From NCBI GenBank assembly GCA_965215005.1, contig CBDCCZ010000041.1:1-50672 (forward strand): a DNA stretch of 50,672 nucleotides. Reading direction: 5' to 3'. Source of the stretch: Kofleriaceae bacterium (GTDB lineage: Bacteria > Myxococcota_A > Polyangia > Haliangiales > Haliangiaceae). How positions within the stretch are numbered: the first letter of the stretch is position 1; each line of letters begins with the position of its first letter. Below the pieces are notes generated by a model. That model had not been told where the DNA came from and did no database searches. It was given only the letters and a program-made list of their open reading frames with translations. Positions 39,019 through 49,528 of the stretch are shown piece after piece. The translations under genes and the position numbers were made by a program.

Positions 39019-40057
39019 GCGACGTGCCCGGAATGTTCTTGAGGTGACCCGAGTCGCGTAAGAACCGCTCGCGGCGCGCTACGTCGAGATCGTGAGACAC
39101 CATGAGGTCGACGAGTTGCGCAAAGCTGGTTCGCGGCTTCCAACCGAGCTGGTCGCGCGTTCTGCTCGCATCGCCGCGCAGCGCATCGACCTCGGCAGGT
39201 CGGAAATAGCGCGGGTCGATCTCGACGTGAGCCTCCCAGTCGAGCTCGAGTCGCTTGAATACTTCGATGACGAATTCGCGGACGGTGTGCGACTCGCCCG
39301 TGGCCACCACATAGTCAGAGGGCTTGTCCTGCTGGAGCATCAGCCACATTGCCTCGACGTAGTCACCCGCAAAGCCCCAGTCGCGTTCGGCGTCGAGGTT
39401 GCCGAGGTACAGCTTGCCCTGCAGTCCGAGCTTGATGCGGGTGGCGGCGCGGGTAATTTTGCGCGTTACGAACGTCTCGCCGCGGCGCGGGCTCTCGTGA
39501 TTGAAGAGAATACCGTTGCAGATGAATAGGTCGTAGGCTTCGCGGTAATTGACGCAGTACCAGTGCGCGGCCACCTTGCTGACGGCATACGGACTGCGCG
39601 GATGAAACGGCGTCGATTCGGTCTGCGGCGGTGGCGTGGAGCCATACATCTCCGAGGACCCCGCTTGATAAAAGCGTACGTCGTGGCCGGAATGATGACT
39701 GTAGTCGCGCACGGCTTCCAGAAGGCGAAGCGTTCCGGTGGCGTCGACGTTGGCGGTGTACTCAGGTTGCTCGAACGACACCTTGACGTGCGACTGCGCT
39801 CCCAAGTTGTAGATCTCGGTCGGCGCGGCACGAGCAAGAATGTGCCGCATGCAGCTGCCGTCGGTGAGGTCGCCGTAGTGCAGAAACAGCTTGGCTGCCG
39901 GGTCGTGCGGATCGCGATAGAGGTGATCGATGCGGTCGGTGTTGAAGGAGGACGAGCGGCGAATGATGCCGTGAACCTCGTAGCCCTTGTCGAGCAGTAG
40001 CTCGGCTAGGTAAGAGCCATCTTGACCCGTGATCCCGGTGATGAGGGCACGCTTCAT
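39011..40057 (-). CDS. gmd: GDP-mannose 4,6-dehydratase
   Basis: [39 protein letters not shown]. Confidence 0.97.
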   Translation of the reverse strand: MKRALITGITGQDGSYLAELLLDKGYEVHGIIRRSSSFNTDRIDHLYRDPHDPAAKLFLHYGDLTDGSCMRHILARAAPTEIYNLGAQSHVKVSFEQPEYTANVDATGTLRLLEAVRDYSHHSGHDVRFYQAGSSEMYGSTPPPQTESTPFHPRSPYAVSKVAAHWYCVNYREAYDLFICNGILFNHESPRRGETFVTRKITRAATRIKLGLQGKLYLGNLDAERDWGFAGDYVEAMWLMLQQDKPSDYVVATGESHTVREFVIEVFKRLELDWEAHVEIDPRYFRPAEVDALRGDASRTRDQLGWKPRTSFAQLVDLMVSHDLDVARRERFLRDSGHLKNIPGTSHE

Positions 40058-41178
40058 ACTGCCTCCTTGAGGGTGTCGCGCCAGAGTTGCGGTAGGAGCG
40101 CGGCGATGCGCTCGCCAGCTCGGCCGTCCCATCCTGGGATCTCCTGCACCGGCGGGCGATAGTCGTCGCGGAGAATTTCTTGCACATAGCGCTTCGCGGC
40201 GGTGAGGTCGTGACCCACCAACCGATTGGTTCCGAGGGCAACCGTGGCGGGGCGTTCGGTGCTCGTGCGCAACGTGAGGCACGGAACCCGCAACGCCGAC
40301 GTCTCTTCTTGAATGCCGCCCGAGTCGGTCAGCACGACCCGCGCCGCCATCATGAGTCGAACCAGCTCGCGATGGCCGACCGGCGGGCTCAGATGAACGC
40401 CGGAGGCAGCCTGCAGGCGTTGCAGGAGGCCAGACGCCTCGAGTCGCTGCTGGGTGCGCGGGTGTAGTGGGAACACTAGCGGCGAGTGCGCGCCGAGCCA
40501 CTCGAGCAGCTCGACCACCTCCGCGAGTCGCTCCGGTACATCGACATTGGAGGGGCGATGCAGAGTGACCAGCACGTAGCCGCGCTCCTGCACGCCGAAT
40601 TGGCCGAGGTCGATCGCTCGTGCGGTCTCGACCTGAGCCAACAGTGAATCGATCATCACGTTGCCGACGTAGTGGATGCGCTGGGGATCGATGCCTTCGC
40701 GGCGCAAGTTGTCTTCGCCGCTGGGCTCGCTAACCAACAGCACGTCGGCGATCGCATCGGTGGCAAGTCGGTTGATCTCCTCGGGCATCGCGCGATCGAA
40801 GGAGCGCAAGCCCGCCTCGACGTGCGCGACGGGAATGCCGAGCTTGACCGCTGCCAGCGTGGCAGCGAGCGTCGAGTTGACATCGCCAACCACGACCACC
40901 CCGGCGGCGCCATCGAGCGCCAGGAGATAGCGCTCGAATGCCTCGAGAACTCGTGCCGTTTGTTGGCCATGACTGGCGGAGCCAACCTCGAGGTGGGCAT
41001 CGGGCGCCGGCAGCCCGAGCTGCTCAAAGAACACGGCCGACATCTGCGCATCGTAGTGCTGCCCGGTGTGGACGAGTCGGTGCGGTGGCGGCGAGTCTTG
41101 CCGCTTGAGGGCGCGGAGGATGGGCGCGACCTTCATGAAGTTTGGCCGCGCGCCGGCAACGAAGACAATCGGATTCAC
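40054..41178 (-). CDS. wecB: Non-hydrolysing UDP-N-acetylglucosamine 2-epimerase (WecB/WbpI-like)
   Basis: [45 protein letters not shown]. Confidence 0.93.
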   Translation of the reverse strand: MNPIVFVAGARPNFMKVAPILRALKRQDSPPPHRLVHTGQHYDAQMSAVFFEQLGLPAPDAHLEVGSASHGQQTARVLEAFERYLLALDGAAGVVVVGDVNSTLAATLAAVKLGIPVAHVEAGLRSFDRAMPEEINRLATDAIADVLLVSEPSGEDNLRREGIDPQRIHYVGNVMIDSLLAQVETARAIDLGQFGVQERGYVLVTLHRPSNVDVPERLAEVVELLEWLGAHSPLVFPLHPRTQQRLEASGLLQRLQAASGVHLSPPVGHRELVRLMMAARVVLTDSGGIQEETSALRVPCLTLRTSTERPATVALGTNRLVGHDLTAAKRYVQEILRDDYRPPVQEIPGWDGRAGERIAALLPQLWRDTLKEAV

Positions 41179-42317
41179 GGTGCCACAGCTTTCGTTTGCA
41201 GCGCAGGCGGAAGCTCGGCCGCGGGATCGAGCGCGTGCAGGATGCGCGGCCACAGGCGATGGATATCATGGTGACGCGCCACGTGGGCGCGCGCGTTATG
41301 CGCCAACACCGCAGCGCGCTCCGGCGCGCTGGCAAGCGCCGCCATTGCTCGTCCCAGCGCCGCGGGATCGCGCGCGGGAACCAGCACGCCGACGCTGTCA
41401 TCGACGAGGATGTCCGGGACCCCGCCAACCTGCGTGGCGATGATCGCGAGCCCGGCAGCCATGCCCTCGAGCACGGCATTGGGCATCCCTTCGCGATGCG
41501 AGGGCAACACCAGCACGTGTCCGCGGCGCCACACCTCCTCCTTGGCCTCGCCGGCAAGCCAGCCACGAAACTCGCAGAGGTGCGCGATGCCGAGCTCGGC
41601 GGCGCGCTGCTGCGCCGGCTCGAGCTCCGAGCCGCCGCCGCAAAGCACGAAGCGGCACTCCTGCAGCGCCTCCCGTTGCAGCGCGATGGCCTCGAGAAGG
41701 TCGAAGATGCCCTTCCAGACCTCCAATCGGCCCATGATCACAAACGTGAGGGGCGCGGCAAACCGCCGGTTCGCGGCCACATTCTGCAAGCTGTCGACCT
41801 CGAGCCAGTTCGGCACGATCGCGCAGCGCTCGGCGGGGAGCGCAAGCAGCCGCTCAAACGTCTCTTGCCAGCTCGCGCCCTGGCAAATCACCACGTCGCA
41901 GCGGTGCAAGACGAAGGGAATGAAGCGACGCATGAACGCCGAACGTTGCAGATCATCGAGCAACAGACCCGAACGTGGCCCTAGCAGCACGCGTTTGCCC
42001 AAGGCCGCGGCCAAGAGCGCCATCGTGCCTTTTTCGACGAAGCTGAGGCCGGCGCTGGTGAAGATGAAGACGCCGTCGACCTCGGGATGAACGACTTGGC
42101 TGATGAATCGCGCGACCCGACCGCTGGCCCGGGCGATGCGAACCCGCGCCGGCAGCCCGCCCTCGTTGGTGTTGGTGCTGTCGACCTTGCGCCAGCTGAC
42201 GTAGTCTGAGAGCTCGCTGGCGAGCAGCGTACGGCACGCGTGCATCTGCCCGCCAATGCTGCCATCGCGGGTCTGCTCCTTCATCGCTCCAACGAGCACG
42301 AAGACCGGCTTCTTCAT
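41175..42317 (-). CDS. Glycosyltransferase family 4 (GT-B)
   Basis: GRL...KG, EGMPNAVLEGMAAG (EX7E). Confidence 0.9.
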   Translation of the reverse strand: MKKPVFVLVGAMKEQTRDGSIGGQMHACRTLLASELSDYVSWRKVDSTNTNEGGLPARVRIARASGRVARFISQVVHPEVDGVFIFTSAGLSFVEKGTMALLAAALGKRVLLGPRSGLLLDDLQRSAFMRRFIPFVLHRCDVVICQGASWQETFERLLALPAERCAIVPNWLEVDSLQNVAANRRFAAPLTFVIMGRLEVWKGIFDLLEAIALQREALQECRFVLCGGGSELEPAQQRAAELGIAHLCEFRGWLAGEAKEEVWRRGHVLVLPSHREGMPNAVLEGMAAGLAIIATQVGGVPDILVDDSVGVLVPARDPAALGRAMAALASAPERAAVLAHNARAHVARHHDIHRLWPRILHALDPAAELPPALQTKAVAP

Positions 42318-43612
42318 CGCCGGGTCCTCTTCATTCCCACAGGCCCGACGCCCTTGCCACCACGGGCGAGCTTGACGAGCTTGCCGCGCGACTCCGGTGT
42401 CGACAGTGATGCCGATGTAGCAATGGCCATCAGTAGCCAGAAATCGGGCGCAGCAATCATGATGTGCGCCGCCGCGATCACCAGCAGCGCGCTGATCATC
42501 CCCAGCACCTCGGCAAGAAACGGCGCGCCGACGGGTGTGGTTCGAATAGCGATCAACAGGCGTCGGTAGAGGTTGACGAGCATGAAGATGTACACGAGCA
42601 CGACCGGCAAGCCGTACTCGGTAATGAGGTTGACGTATTCGCTGTGCGTTACCAGGTCGCGCTCGGCGACTTTGGGCGAGCGCAGCACGTCGAGCTGGTG
42701 CACGTACGCCACGTGGTACCAGCGGTACTGAGCCACTCCGATGCCCATGAAATAATGATCCGCGGCGACGTTCATCGCGCTCTCCCAGATATCCATGCGG
42801 CTATCGGTGCTGCCGGTGGCGAGCTTGTAGCGGCGTACGGCCTCGGAATCGTCGTAGGTGTTGTAGGCCGCGGAGATGACGCCGATCATGATGATGACGA
42901 AGGGCGCTACGGCCGCCGCGCGCAAAACGAAGGTCACCTTGCCGCCGCGCCGGGCTAGCGGCAAGAACAGCGCGACGACACCGGCGATTAGTCCCACCGC
43001 TGCGCCCTTGGAGCCGGTGAAGAACACCACCACGCCAATGCCGAGCAGCAACGAGCCACGAATCAAGTAGCTGCGAATCGAGAGGTCGCGCTTGAACAAC
43101 ATCCGCGAGAGAATCACGACGAACGAGGCAGCCAGTGCGACTCCCAGACCATTGGGATTGGCGTAGAACGAGGCAAAACGGCCGGTGGTGAGCGGCTCGA
43201 AGAACATCACCCGAAGGACGATGCTCGCCATGATGCCCACGATGTACGCCGTGAGCAGCCGCTCCGCGGTGTGGAATGTATCGAGCTCTCGCTTGGTCGA
43301 CAGATAGATGAAGTAGCCAAACAAGATGAGAATGGCGTCGTTGATCATCCAGTCCATGTTCCCGTCGCCCTTGACGAAGAACCAGAAGACGGCGGTGAAG
43401 ACGCCCCAAAGGAGCAGGAACAGAAAGCCTTTGTCGTAGAAGTCGACGCGCAGTGGCTTGCTGCCGGCGATCGCTCGCAATATCGACAAGAAGATGACGG
43501 CGATGCCGACGATTCGATACGGCTTGAGGATGGTGTTTACGCGATACAGGTCCCACCATAGAGTCTCGAACGGGACCAAGATCGCGTACAGCTGAAGCAA
43601 GCGGAAGATCAT
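42314..43612 (-). CDS. O-antigen ligase / Wzy-type polymerase
   Basis: Many TM segments, NPN, TGSKG, R..IW, GIG, HSEY. Confidence 0.85.
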   Translation of the reverse strand: MIFRLLQLYAILVPFETLWWDLYRVNTILKPYRIVGIAVIFLSILRAIAGSKPLRVDFYDKGFLFLLLWGVFTAVFWFFVKGDGNMDWMINDAILILFGYFIYLSTKRELDTFHTAERLLTAYIVGIMASIVLRVMFFEPLTTGRFASFYANPNGLGVALAASFVVILSRMLFKRDLSIRSYLIRGSLLLGIGVVVFFTGSKGAAVGLIAGVVALFLPLARRGGKVTFVLRAAAVAPFVIIMIGVISAAYNTYDDSEAVRRYKLATGSTDSRMDIWESAMNVAADHYFMGIGVAQYRWYHVAYVHQLDVLRSPKVAERDLVTHSEYVNLITEYGLPVVLVYIFMLVNLYRRLLIAIRTTPVGAPFLAEVLGMISALLVIAAAHIMIAAPDFWLLMAIATSASLSTPESRGKLVKLARGGKGVGPVGMKRTRR

Positions 43613-43619
43613 TGGCTCG

Positions 43620-44486
43620 CTACTCCTGGTGTCCCATCATCGAGCGGCCGCGTCGCCGAAGCTCGTACATACGCTGCTCGCCGAGCAAACCGATGAGCGC
43701 GCGCGATCGCAGCTTGGCCGCAGCATGGCGAAGGAAATGTCGCATCGCCGTCGCTCGACCGAAGTAGCGGCGATGAATTTCGTAGGTCTCCCACACGCCG
43801 TCGAAGCCGGCAGAAGCACCACCGCTGCGAAACCGCGCCAGCGGCATGGGCAAGTCGATGAAGCGCACCTCGGCCTGCCGAAGTCGCAGGTACATCTCGT
43901 AATCGGCAGCGATGCGCAAGTCGGTGCGATAGAGGCCAAAGCGCTCATAGAGGCGGCGGTCTACGAACCATGACGGATGAAGAATCGACGCAAGCGGGCT
44001 TCCCTGACCAGGAGAGAGCCGCTTTAGTACCGCGCCGCTCGCATCGATGACCTCGAGCGGACTCTTCACCACCACTGGCGCCTCGGCGCGATCGGCTGCC
44101 GCGATTGCTGCAGCCACGGCACCTGGCTCGAGCACATCATCTGCGTTGAGGAGCTTGATCAGCTGGCCGCGCGCCGCCGCGATGCCTTTGTTCATCGCGT
44201 CGTAGATGCCGCCGTCGGGCTCGCTCACCCAATGATCGACGTGCTGCTGATAGCGCTCGATGAGCTCGACCGTGCCATCCGTCGAGCCGCCGTCGATGAT
44301 GATGTACTCGCAGTCGCGCTGCGCAATGACCGAGCGAATGGCCTCTTCGAGATAGCTCGCGCCGTTGTAGACGACGGTGACGATGCTCACCCGGGGCGCT
44401 TGGCCTATTGCGGGCGCGCGGGTCGTCGCGGCGCTCGGGTAATCGCAGAGCTGCGGCGGCGGGTTGAACGTCATCGTCATGGGCAT
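43620..44486 (-). CDS. Glycosyltransferase family 2 (WcaE-like)
   Basis: TVVYN, IDGGSTDGT, SEPDGGIYDAMNKG, LNADD, AADYE. Confidence 0.92.
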   Translation of the reverse strand: MPMTMTFNPPPQLCDYPSAATTRAPAIGQAPRVSIVTVVYNGASYLEEAIRSVIAQRDCEYIIIDGGSTDGTVELIERYQQHVDHWVSEPDGGIYDAMNKGIAAARGQLIKLLNADDVLEPGAVAAAIAAADRAEAPVVVKSPLEVIDASGAVLKRLSPGQGSPLASILHPSWFVDRRLYERFGLYRTDLRIAADYEMYLRLRQAEVRFIDLPMPLARFRSGGASAGFDGVWETYEIHRRYFGRATAMRHFLRHAAAKLRSRALIGLLGEQRMYELRRRGRSMMGHQE

Positions 44487-44517
44487 CGCTTCGAGCGCAC
44501 CGCTGAGAGATCTGGTT

Positions 44518-45477
44518 TCACGCCAATCCCGCCGCGACCAACGCTTCGATGACGCGATCGGCTAAAAACAGCTCGGTCTTTACGAACGACTCGCGGGTGT
44601 TGCCGCCGAGGTGCGGCACCAAGAGGAGGTTGTCGTGCTGGCGTGCGTAGTCTACGAGCGGATGCTCGAGACCGATGTTGGGCTCGCCTTCTATGACATC
44701 GAGCGCGGCGCCCGCCAGGCGATGTTCACGTAGCGCGCCCAGCAGCGCCGAATCGTCGACGATGGCGCCCCGCGCGGTGTTGATGAGAACCGCCGATGGA
44801 TTGACAGCGGCGAGCACGCGGGCGTCGATGAGATGGTGGCTACTGGGGTTGTACGCGGCGTGAATGCTGATGACGTCCGACTCGGCCACCAGCTCCAAAA
44901 GCGTGCGGCGCTCGATCCAGTCGGGAACATCGGGACGCGGATCGCAGCCGAGAACCCGCATCCCGAAGGCGCGAAAATACTCGGCGCAGATCGAGCCGAG
45001 ACGGCCAACGCCCACCAGCCCAACAGTCTTCTCGAACAGCTCACTGCCGCGAAACGCGTCCCGATCCCACTGGCCCGCGAGCACCGAAGCGGCGGCCCGC
45101 GGAAGGTGTCGCATGAGCGCGATCGCGAGCCCCACCGTGAGCTCTGCAGTCGCGCGAACTCGGCGCAAAAACGCGGTCTCGCCGCGTAGGCTCACGATGC
45201 GCACCTTGCGCGCCGCGCAAGCGGCTTCGTCGATGTGATCGAGTCCGGTGACCGGGCACGCGATCACGCGACAGCGCGCGCCGCGCAGCGCTTCTGCATC
45301 GATGCGATGACCGAGGCGAAACCAAAAGACATCGCAGCTCGCCAGAACCTCGGCGAGCTCGGCCGCTGCGCACGGTTGCAGCTCCACACTGGCAACCTCG
45401 CGCAGCCGAGCCACGGCTTCGTCGCTAAAACCCTCCGGCTCAGCGATTCGTACCACGGGCCGAGCGGACGCTCGCAT
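44518..45477 (-). CDS. D-isomer-specific 2-hydroxyacid dehydrogenase (SerA-like, no ACT domain)
   Basis: TGLDHID, ATAE, GVGRLG, INTARG, ALDV..E, PHLGG. Confidence 0.9.
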   Translation of the reverse strand: MRASARPVVRIAEPEGFSDEAVARLREVASVELQPCAAAELAEVLASCDVFWFRLGHRIDAEALRGARCRVIACPVTGLDHIDEAACAARKVRIVSLRGETAFLRRVRATAELTVGLAIALMRHLPRAAASVLAGQWDRDAFRGSELFEKTVGLVGVGRLGSICAEYFRAFGMRVLGCDPRPDVPDWIERRTLLELVAESDVISIHAAYNPSSHHLIDARVLAAVNPSAVLINTARGAIVDDSALLGALREHRLAGAALDVIEGEPNIGLEHPLVDYARQHDNLLLVPHLGGNTRESFVKTELFLADRVIEALVAAGLA

Positions 45478-46648
45478 GCAGCTCCTCTTCGAGAAACGCT
45501 AGGCGTTTTTGGATGTAGGGCTCGAGGGACGCCAAGCTACGAGCGATGCGGTCGGCGACATAGCCATCACCGTAGAGCTCACACGGTGGATATGTTCCAT
45601 GCTCGAGCTGCGTGCGCACCGCGCCGACGATGGCCTCGGTGGTCGCGCCAACTTCGGTGACGTGCGGACCGCGCTCGCGACCCGATTGCCGACGTCCCAC
45701 CAACACCACCGGCGTGCCGAAGAACCCCGCATCGCGCACGAAGCTCGACGAGTTGCCAATGGCGCACGCGGCGTTGGCAAGCACCTTGAGGTAATCCTCG
45801 GGCGTGAGGTTGGTGATCGCCCGCAGCCATGGTGCTTCCATCCGGTCGCGAAATACTCGAATGGCTTTGCTGATGTGATCGGAGCCGGCGTCGATGTTGG
45901 GCCAGAGGAGCAGCGTCTGCACTTGCACTTCCGCCAACGCCGCCAACAGCGCTTCCATCTGCTCGCGCTCGCCGCCGTATTCGGTGGTGGTCGGGTGGAA
46001 CACCACCAACAGGTATGGCGCCCGCACGTCGAGCTCCACGCCAGCGCCGCGCCGATTGATCACTTCTGGGTCGAGGCGTCGGTCCAGAAGCCTAGCGATA
46101 TCACTCGATGGGCAGCCAACGCTGAGGATGGTGTCGGGCCGCTCGCCCATGCGAATCAAATAGTCGGCAGAGCGCTCGGTGGCGGGGAAGTGATATTGCG
46201 AGAACTTGCTGATCGCGTGGCGGGTGCTCTCGTCGATCGAGCCGCTCACCTCGCCGCCTTGCAGGTGTGCCACGGGAATGTTCATGAATGAGGCGGCAAC
46301 GGTGGCGGCGAGGGCTTCATAGCGATCGCCGATGATCACCACCACGTCGGGCTTGAGGCGGTGGAATTCGCCGGCGAACTCGACCACGCCAAACCCCACC
46401 GACTTGGCCATGGTCGCTGGCGTGGAGCCTTCGAGCTCCATGAAGATCTCGCTCTGAACCTCGAAACCATCGGCGCGAACGAGCTTTACCGGCTGGTCGA
46501 AGCGTTCGAGCACCATGGTGCCGGCGGCACAGACGAGCAGCTCGAGGCTCGGCTGCTCTTTGATCGCCTGCATCACTGGCTTGAGCCGCCCGTAGTTGGC
46601 GCGATCGACGAGAACGACGCAGATGCGCCGACGGTTGGTGTCAGACAA
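45440..46648 (-). CDS. neuC: Hydrolysing UDP-GlcNAc 2-epimerase (NeuC/LegG family)
   Basis: RANYG, GDRYE, HLQGGE.SGSIDE..RHAISK, PNIDAG, GNSSS, GRRQ.GRE. Confidence 0.92.
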   Translation of the reverse strand: MSDTNRRRICVVLVDRANYGRLKPVMQAIKEQPSLELLVCAAGTMVLERFDQPVKLVRADGFEVQSEIFMELEGSTPATMAKSVGFGVVEFAGEFHRLKPDVVVIIGDRYEALAATVAASFMNIPVAHLQGGEVSGSIDESTRHAISKFSQYHFPATERSADYLIRMGERPDTILSVGCPSSDIARLLDRRLDPEVINRRGAGVELDVRAPYLLVVFHPTTTEYGGEREQMEALLAALAEVQVQTLLLWPNIDAGSDHISKAIRVFRDRMEAPWLRAITNLTPEDYLKVLANAACAIGNSSSFVRDAGFFGTPVVLVGRRQSGRERGPHVTEVGATTEAIVGAVRTQLEHGTYPPCELYGDGYVADRIARSLASLEPYIQKRLAFLEEELHASVRSARGTNR

Positions 46649-47711
46649 GGTCGTCCTCCGAAATCAGCGCATCGACCTCGACCGGCCGCCGTAGCGAGCG
46701 CCCGATCACTCGTTCTAGCTGCGCCGCGGGAATGCCGGTGCCGGGTTTCTTGAGCTTGAGATCGGCCTCGGTGAGCGTGGTGCCGGCTGTCATCGGGCGC
46801 CCAGCAACCACGCTCTTGCCAAAGGTTTGGCGCAGCGGCAACAGCTCCCGAGCCGCCGCCTCTTTGTCGACCGGACTACCAAGCGCCGCTTCGACGAAGC
46901 GAACCCCGCGGACCAAGTCGGCGAGCTCCGCGGTGGTGACCGACGACGACGTATCTGGACCGAAGCACTCGCGTGAGAACACCACGTGCATCTCGAGAAG
47001 GTTTGCACCCAGGGTTGCCGCGGCGATGCTCGCGTAGATGGTCGAGGAATGGTCGGAGAGCCCTACGGGGCAGTCATACCGCCGGCGAAGCTCCGCTAGC
47101 ACGTTTAGCCCGAGCTTCTCGGGCGGGCACGGATAGGCCGTGGTCGTTTGAAATAGCGCGAATGGCGCGCCCGCATCGCGCACCAGCCCGACGGCGGCGT
47201 CGAGCTCCTCCCACCCCGACATGCCGCTCGAGAGCAACACCGGCCGCTTGCTGCGCGCCATCTGCCGAAGCAGCGGCAGGTTGGCGGTTTCGCCCGAAGC
47301 AACCTTCCACGCCGGCATATCGAGCGAGTCCAAAAGCTCGACCGCTTTGCTCGAAAACGGCGACGAGAGGAACACCAGCCCAGCGTCGCGAGCATGAGCC
47401 GCCAGCCCCTGCCACTGCTCGGCCGTGAACTCCATGCGCTGCCAATACTCGTAGCGGGTGCTGTCTTGACGGCTGAATTTGATGCGCCACGGCTCGTGCG
47501 GCGTCGACTCCTCCGCCGCCAGGTGCGTCTGGAACTTGATGGCGGTCGCTCCAGCGGCAGCGACGGCATCTATATAGGCATGGGCGCTGCCAAGACTTCC
47601 ATCGTGAGCTTGCGCAACCTCTGCAATGATGAAGCAGGGGTTGCCTTTACCTATCGGATGCTGGTCGATGAAGAAGTCTGCGTGCGTACCGAGGGTTGAC
47701 CCCTTAGCCAT
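46641..47711 (-). CDS. neuB: N-acetylneuraminate/nonulosonate synthase with SAF domain
   Basis: IAEVAQAHDG, KFQTH, KVASGE, YPCP, GLSDHS, KKPGTGI; GAGGAG RBS. Confidence 0.93.
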   Translation of the reverse strand: MAKGSTLGTHADFFIDQHPIGKGNPCFIIAEVAQAHDGSLGSAHAYIDAVAAAGATAIKFQTHLAAEESTPHEPWRIKFSRQDSTRYEYWQRMEFTAEQWQGLAAHARDAGLVFLSSPFSSKAVELLDSLDMPAWKVASGETANLPLLRQMARSKRPVLLSSGMSGWEELDAAVGLVRDAGAPFALFQTTTAYPCPPEKLGLNVLAELRRRYDCPVGLSDHSSTIYASIAAATLGANLLEMHVVFSRECFGPDTSSSVTTAELADLVRGVRFVEAALGSPVDKEAAARELLPLRQTFGKSVVAGRPMTAGTTLTEADLKLKKPGTGIPAAQLERVIGRSLRRPVEVDALISEDDLV

Positions 47712-48036
47712 GAACACTCCTCGCCGCGCGCCGATGCGCAGGGACTATTCGGCAGCGTCTTTACCGCGCTGCCACCGCTAGACACAAGGTTTGCATCGGG
47801 AATCTCTTCGACGGGCGATTCCACGTCGGCAGTAAGTGACCGCCTGCGGTGGGAATGTTCAGGGCGGATGGAAGATGCCGCGGTGGCCACTCGGTGAAGC
47901 CGCATACCTCCGCGCGCGACGTGCCTAAATCACAATTGTCCAAAAGGTTTGCAGCACTCGCGCGGGCCTGGTTGAAGCGTCTTTCTGCGGACTATTGCGC
48001 TTTTGCAAGTCGAGTCCTCATGGCAATCTGCGCCGA

Positions 48037-49035
48037 ATGGAATGGCTCCGTTGGCTAGGGCCACCGCTGGTGTTCGTCGCTTCGCTGCTTGGCACCCGCG
48101 CGCTGGCGGAACAGCTCCGCGCACGTGGTGTCTTGGACATTCCCGGCGCGCGCAGCAGCCATGAGGTTCCCACGCCTCGGGGCGGCGGCGTCATCCTGGT
48201 GCTCGCGCTGCTCATCACCTGGCCGATCATTGCCGCGGTCTATCCCGCCCCTGCGGAGACCTATCTCGTGGTCGCCTTTGCTGCGGGGTTGGCAGTGCTT
48301 TCGGCGGTCGACGACGTTCGCCGATTGCCGGCGTTGCCACGGCTGCTCGCGCATCTGGTGGCCGCGGCGGTATGTGCGCACGCGCTCCGCAGCGCCGCGG
48401 GTCCGGTCTTTCAAGGGCTGCTCAGCCCCTCGCTCGACTACCTCTGCACCGTGGTGCTGTGGGCGGGCTATATCAGCCAGTACAACTTCACCGACGGCAT
48501 CGATGGCAACGCGGGCGCCAAAGCGGTGTTTCTGGGCGTTGCGTTCTTTGCCCTCGCGGTTCTCGGCGACTTCCCCGCGTTCTACGGCGCATTTGGCATT
48601 ACCGCGGCGGCCGCGGCGGCGGGGTTTCTGGTGTGGAACTGGCAGCCGGCGCGGGTGTTCATGGGCGACGTTGGCAGCGTGCCGCTGGGATTTCTGTTCG
48701 GCTGGCTGCTGCTGCGCGCGGCCGCGGAAGGCCACGGGCTCGTGGCGCTGATTCTGCCGCTCGCATACGTGGCCGATACCATCGTGACCTATGCTGCCAA
48801 GCTGTTGCGGAAAGAGCGATTCTGGCGTCCGCATCGCGACTACTCGTATCAACGCGCGGTGCGAGCGGGGCTGGCGCACGCCGAGGTCGTTCAGGTAATC
48901 GCGGTGACGAATTTGCTGCTTGGGGCGCTGGCGATATGGGCGAGCCGGGGAGGCGGTGGCGTGGCGCTCATTGCCGCGGCTGTCGTTGCCTTTGCGTGCG
49001 TCGCATTCCTGCGCTCGCGGGAGGTCGCGGAATGA
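48037..49035 (+). CDS. MraY/WecA-family polyprenyl-phosphate HexNAc-1-phosphate transferase
   Basis: RSSH..PTPRGGG, DD, NFTDGIDG, WNW.PARVFMGDVGS, HR...YQR. Confidence 0.92.
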   Translation: MEWLRWLGPPLVFVASLLGTRALAEQLRARGVLDIPGARSSHEVPTPRGGGVILVLALLITWPIIAAVYPAPAETYLVVAFAAGLAVLSAVDDVRRLPALPRLLAHLVAAAVCAHALRSAAGPVFQGLLSPSLDYLCTVVLWAGYISQYNFTDGIDGNAGAKAVFLGVAFFALAVLGDFPAFYGAFGITAAAAAAGFLVWNWQPARVFMGDVGSVPLGFLFGWLLLRAAAEGHGLVALILPLAYVADTIVTYAAKLLRKERFWRPHRDYSYQRAVRAGLAHAEVVQVIAVTNLLLGALAIWASRGGGGVALIAAAVVAFACVAFLRSREVAE

Positions 49036-49520
49036 CGGCGCCGCGGCTCGTCGTCGAGCGCGCCACGGAGGCGAGCCGGCAGCGTTACCTCGCGCTCGTA
49101 ACGTCGGTGTTCGCCGGCGTCGAGCCCGCTCGCTTGCGGGCTGCGACCGAGCGGTTCACCGACGCGACGCGGCTGTTCGCGATGGCCGCAGGCGAGCGGT
49201 ATCTCAGTGTCTTGTTCGTGACTCCGGTGACCATTGGCGGGCACGCGTTTGGCGGCATTGGCGGCGTTTGCACCGCAAGTGAGCATCGCGGTTGCGGTTA
49301 TGGCATCGAGCTGCTCGAGCGTGCGGTTGCCGACACCGCCGAGGCGCATCCCATTCATCTGTTGTGGACGCGAATCCCGGGCTATTTCTCCCGCATGGGC
49401 TTTACTGACATGGCCGCGGCGTTTGTGGCGGATCCCGCGGGCTCGACGCCGATGATGCGCTTTGCCGCCGCTGCGGCGGCGCCACGGTTTGCCGAGCCGT
49501 TGCCGCGCGTGTACTTCTGA
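49032..49520 (+). CDS. GNAT family acyltransferase
   Basis: Motif A GIGGVCT..EHRGCGYG, YFSRMGF; ATGA overlap with the upstream gene. Confidence 0.8.
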   Translation: MTAPRLVVERATEASRQRYLALVTSVFAGVEPARLRAATERFTDATRLFAMAAGERYLSVLFVTPVTIGGHAFGGIGGVCTASEHRGCGYGIELLERAVADTAEAHPIHLLWTRIPGYFSRMGFTDMAAAFVADPAGSTPMMRFAAAAAAPRFAEPLPRVYF

Positions 49521-49528
49521 GGAACCTC

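Noticed and set aside
47760..47785. ops/JUMPstart element ahead of the glycan operon
   Set aside because: Minus-strand AGCGGTGGC and GCGCGGTAAA only loosely resemble GGCGGTAG
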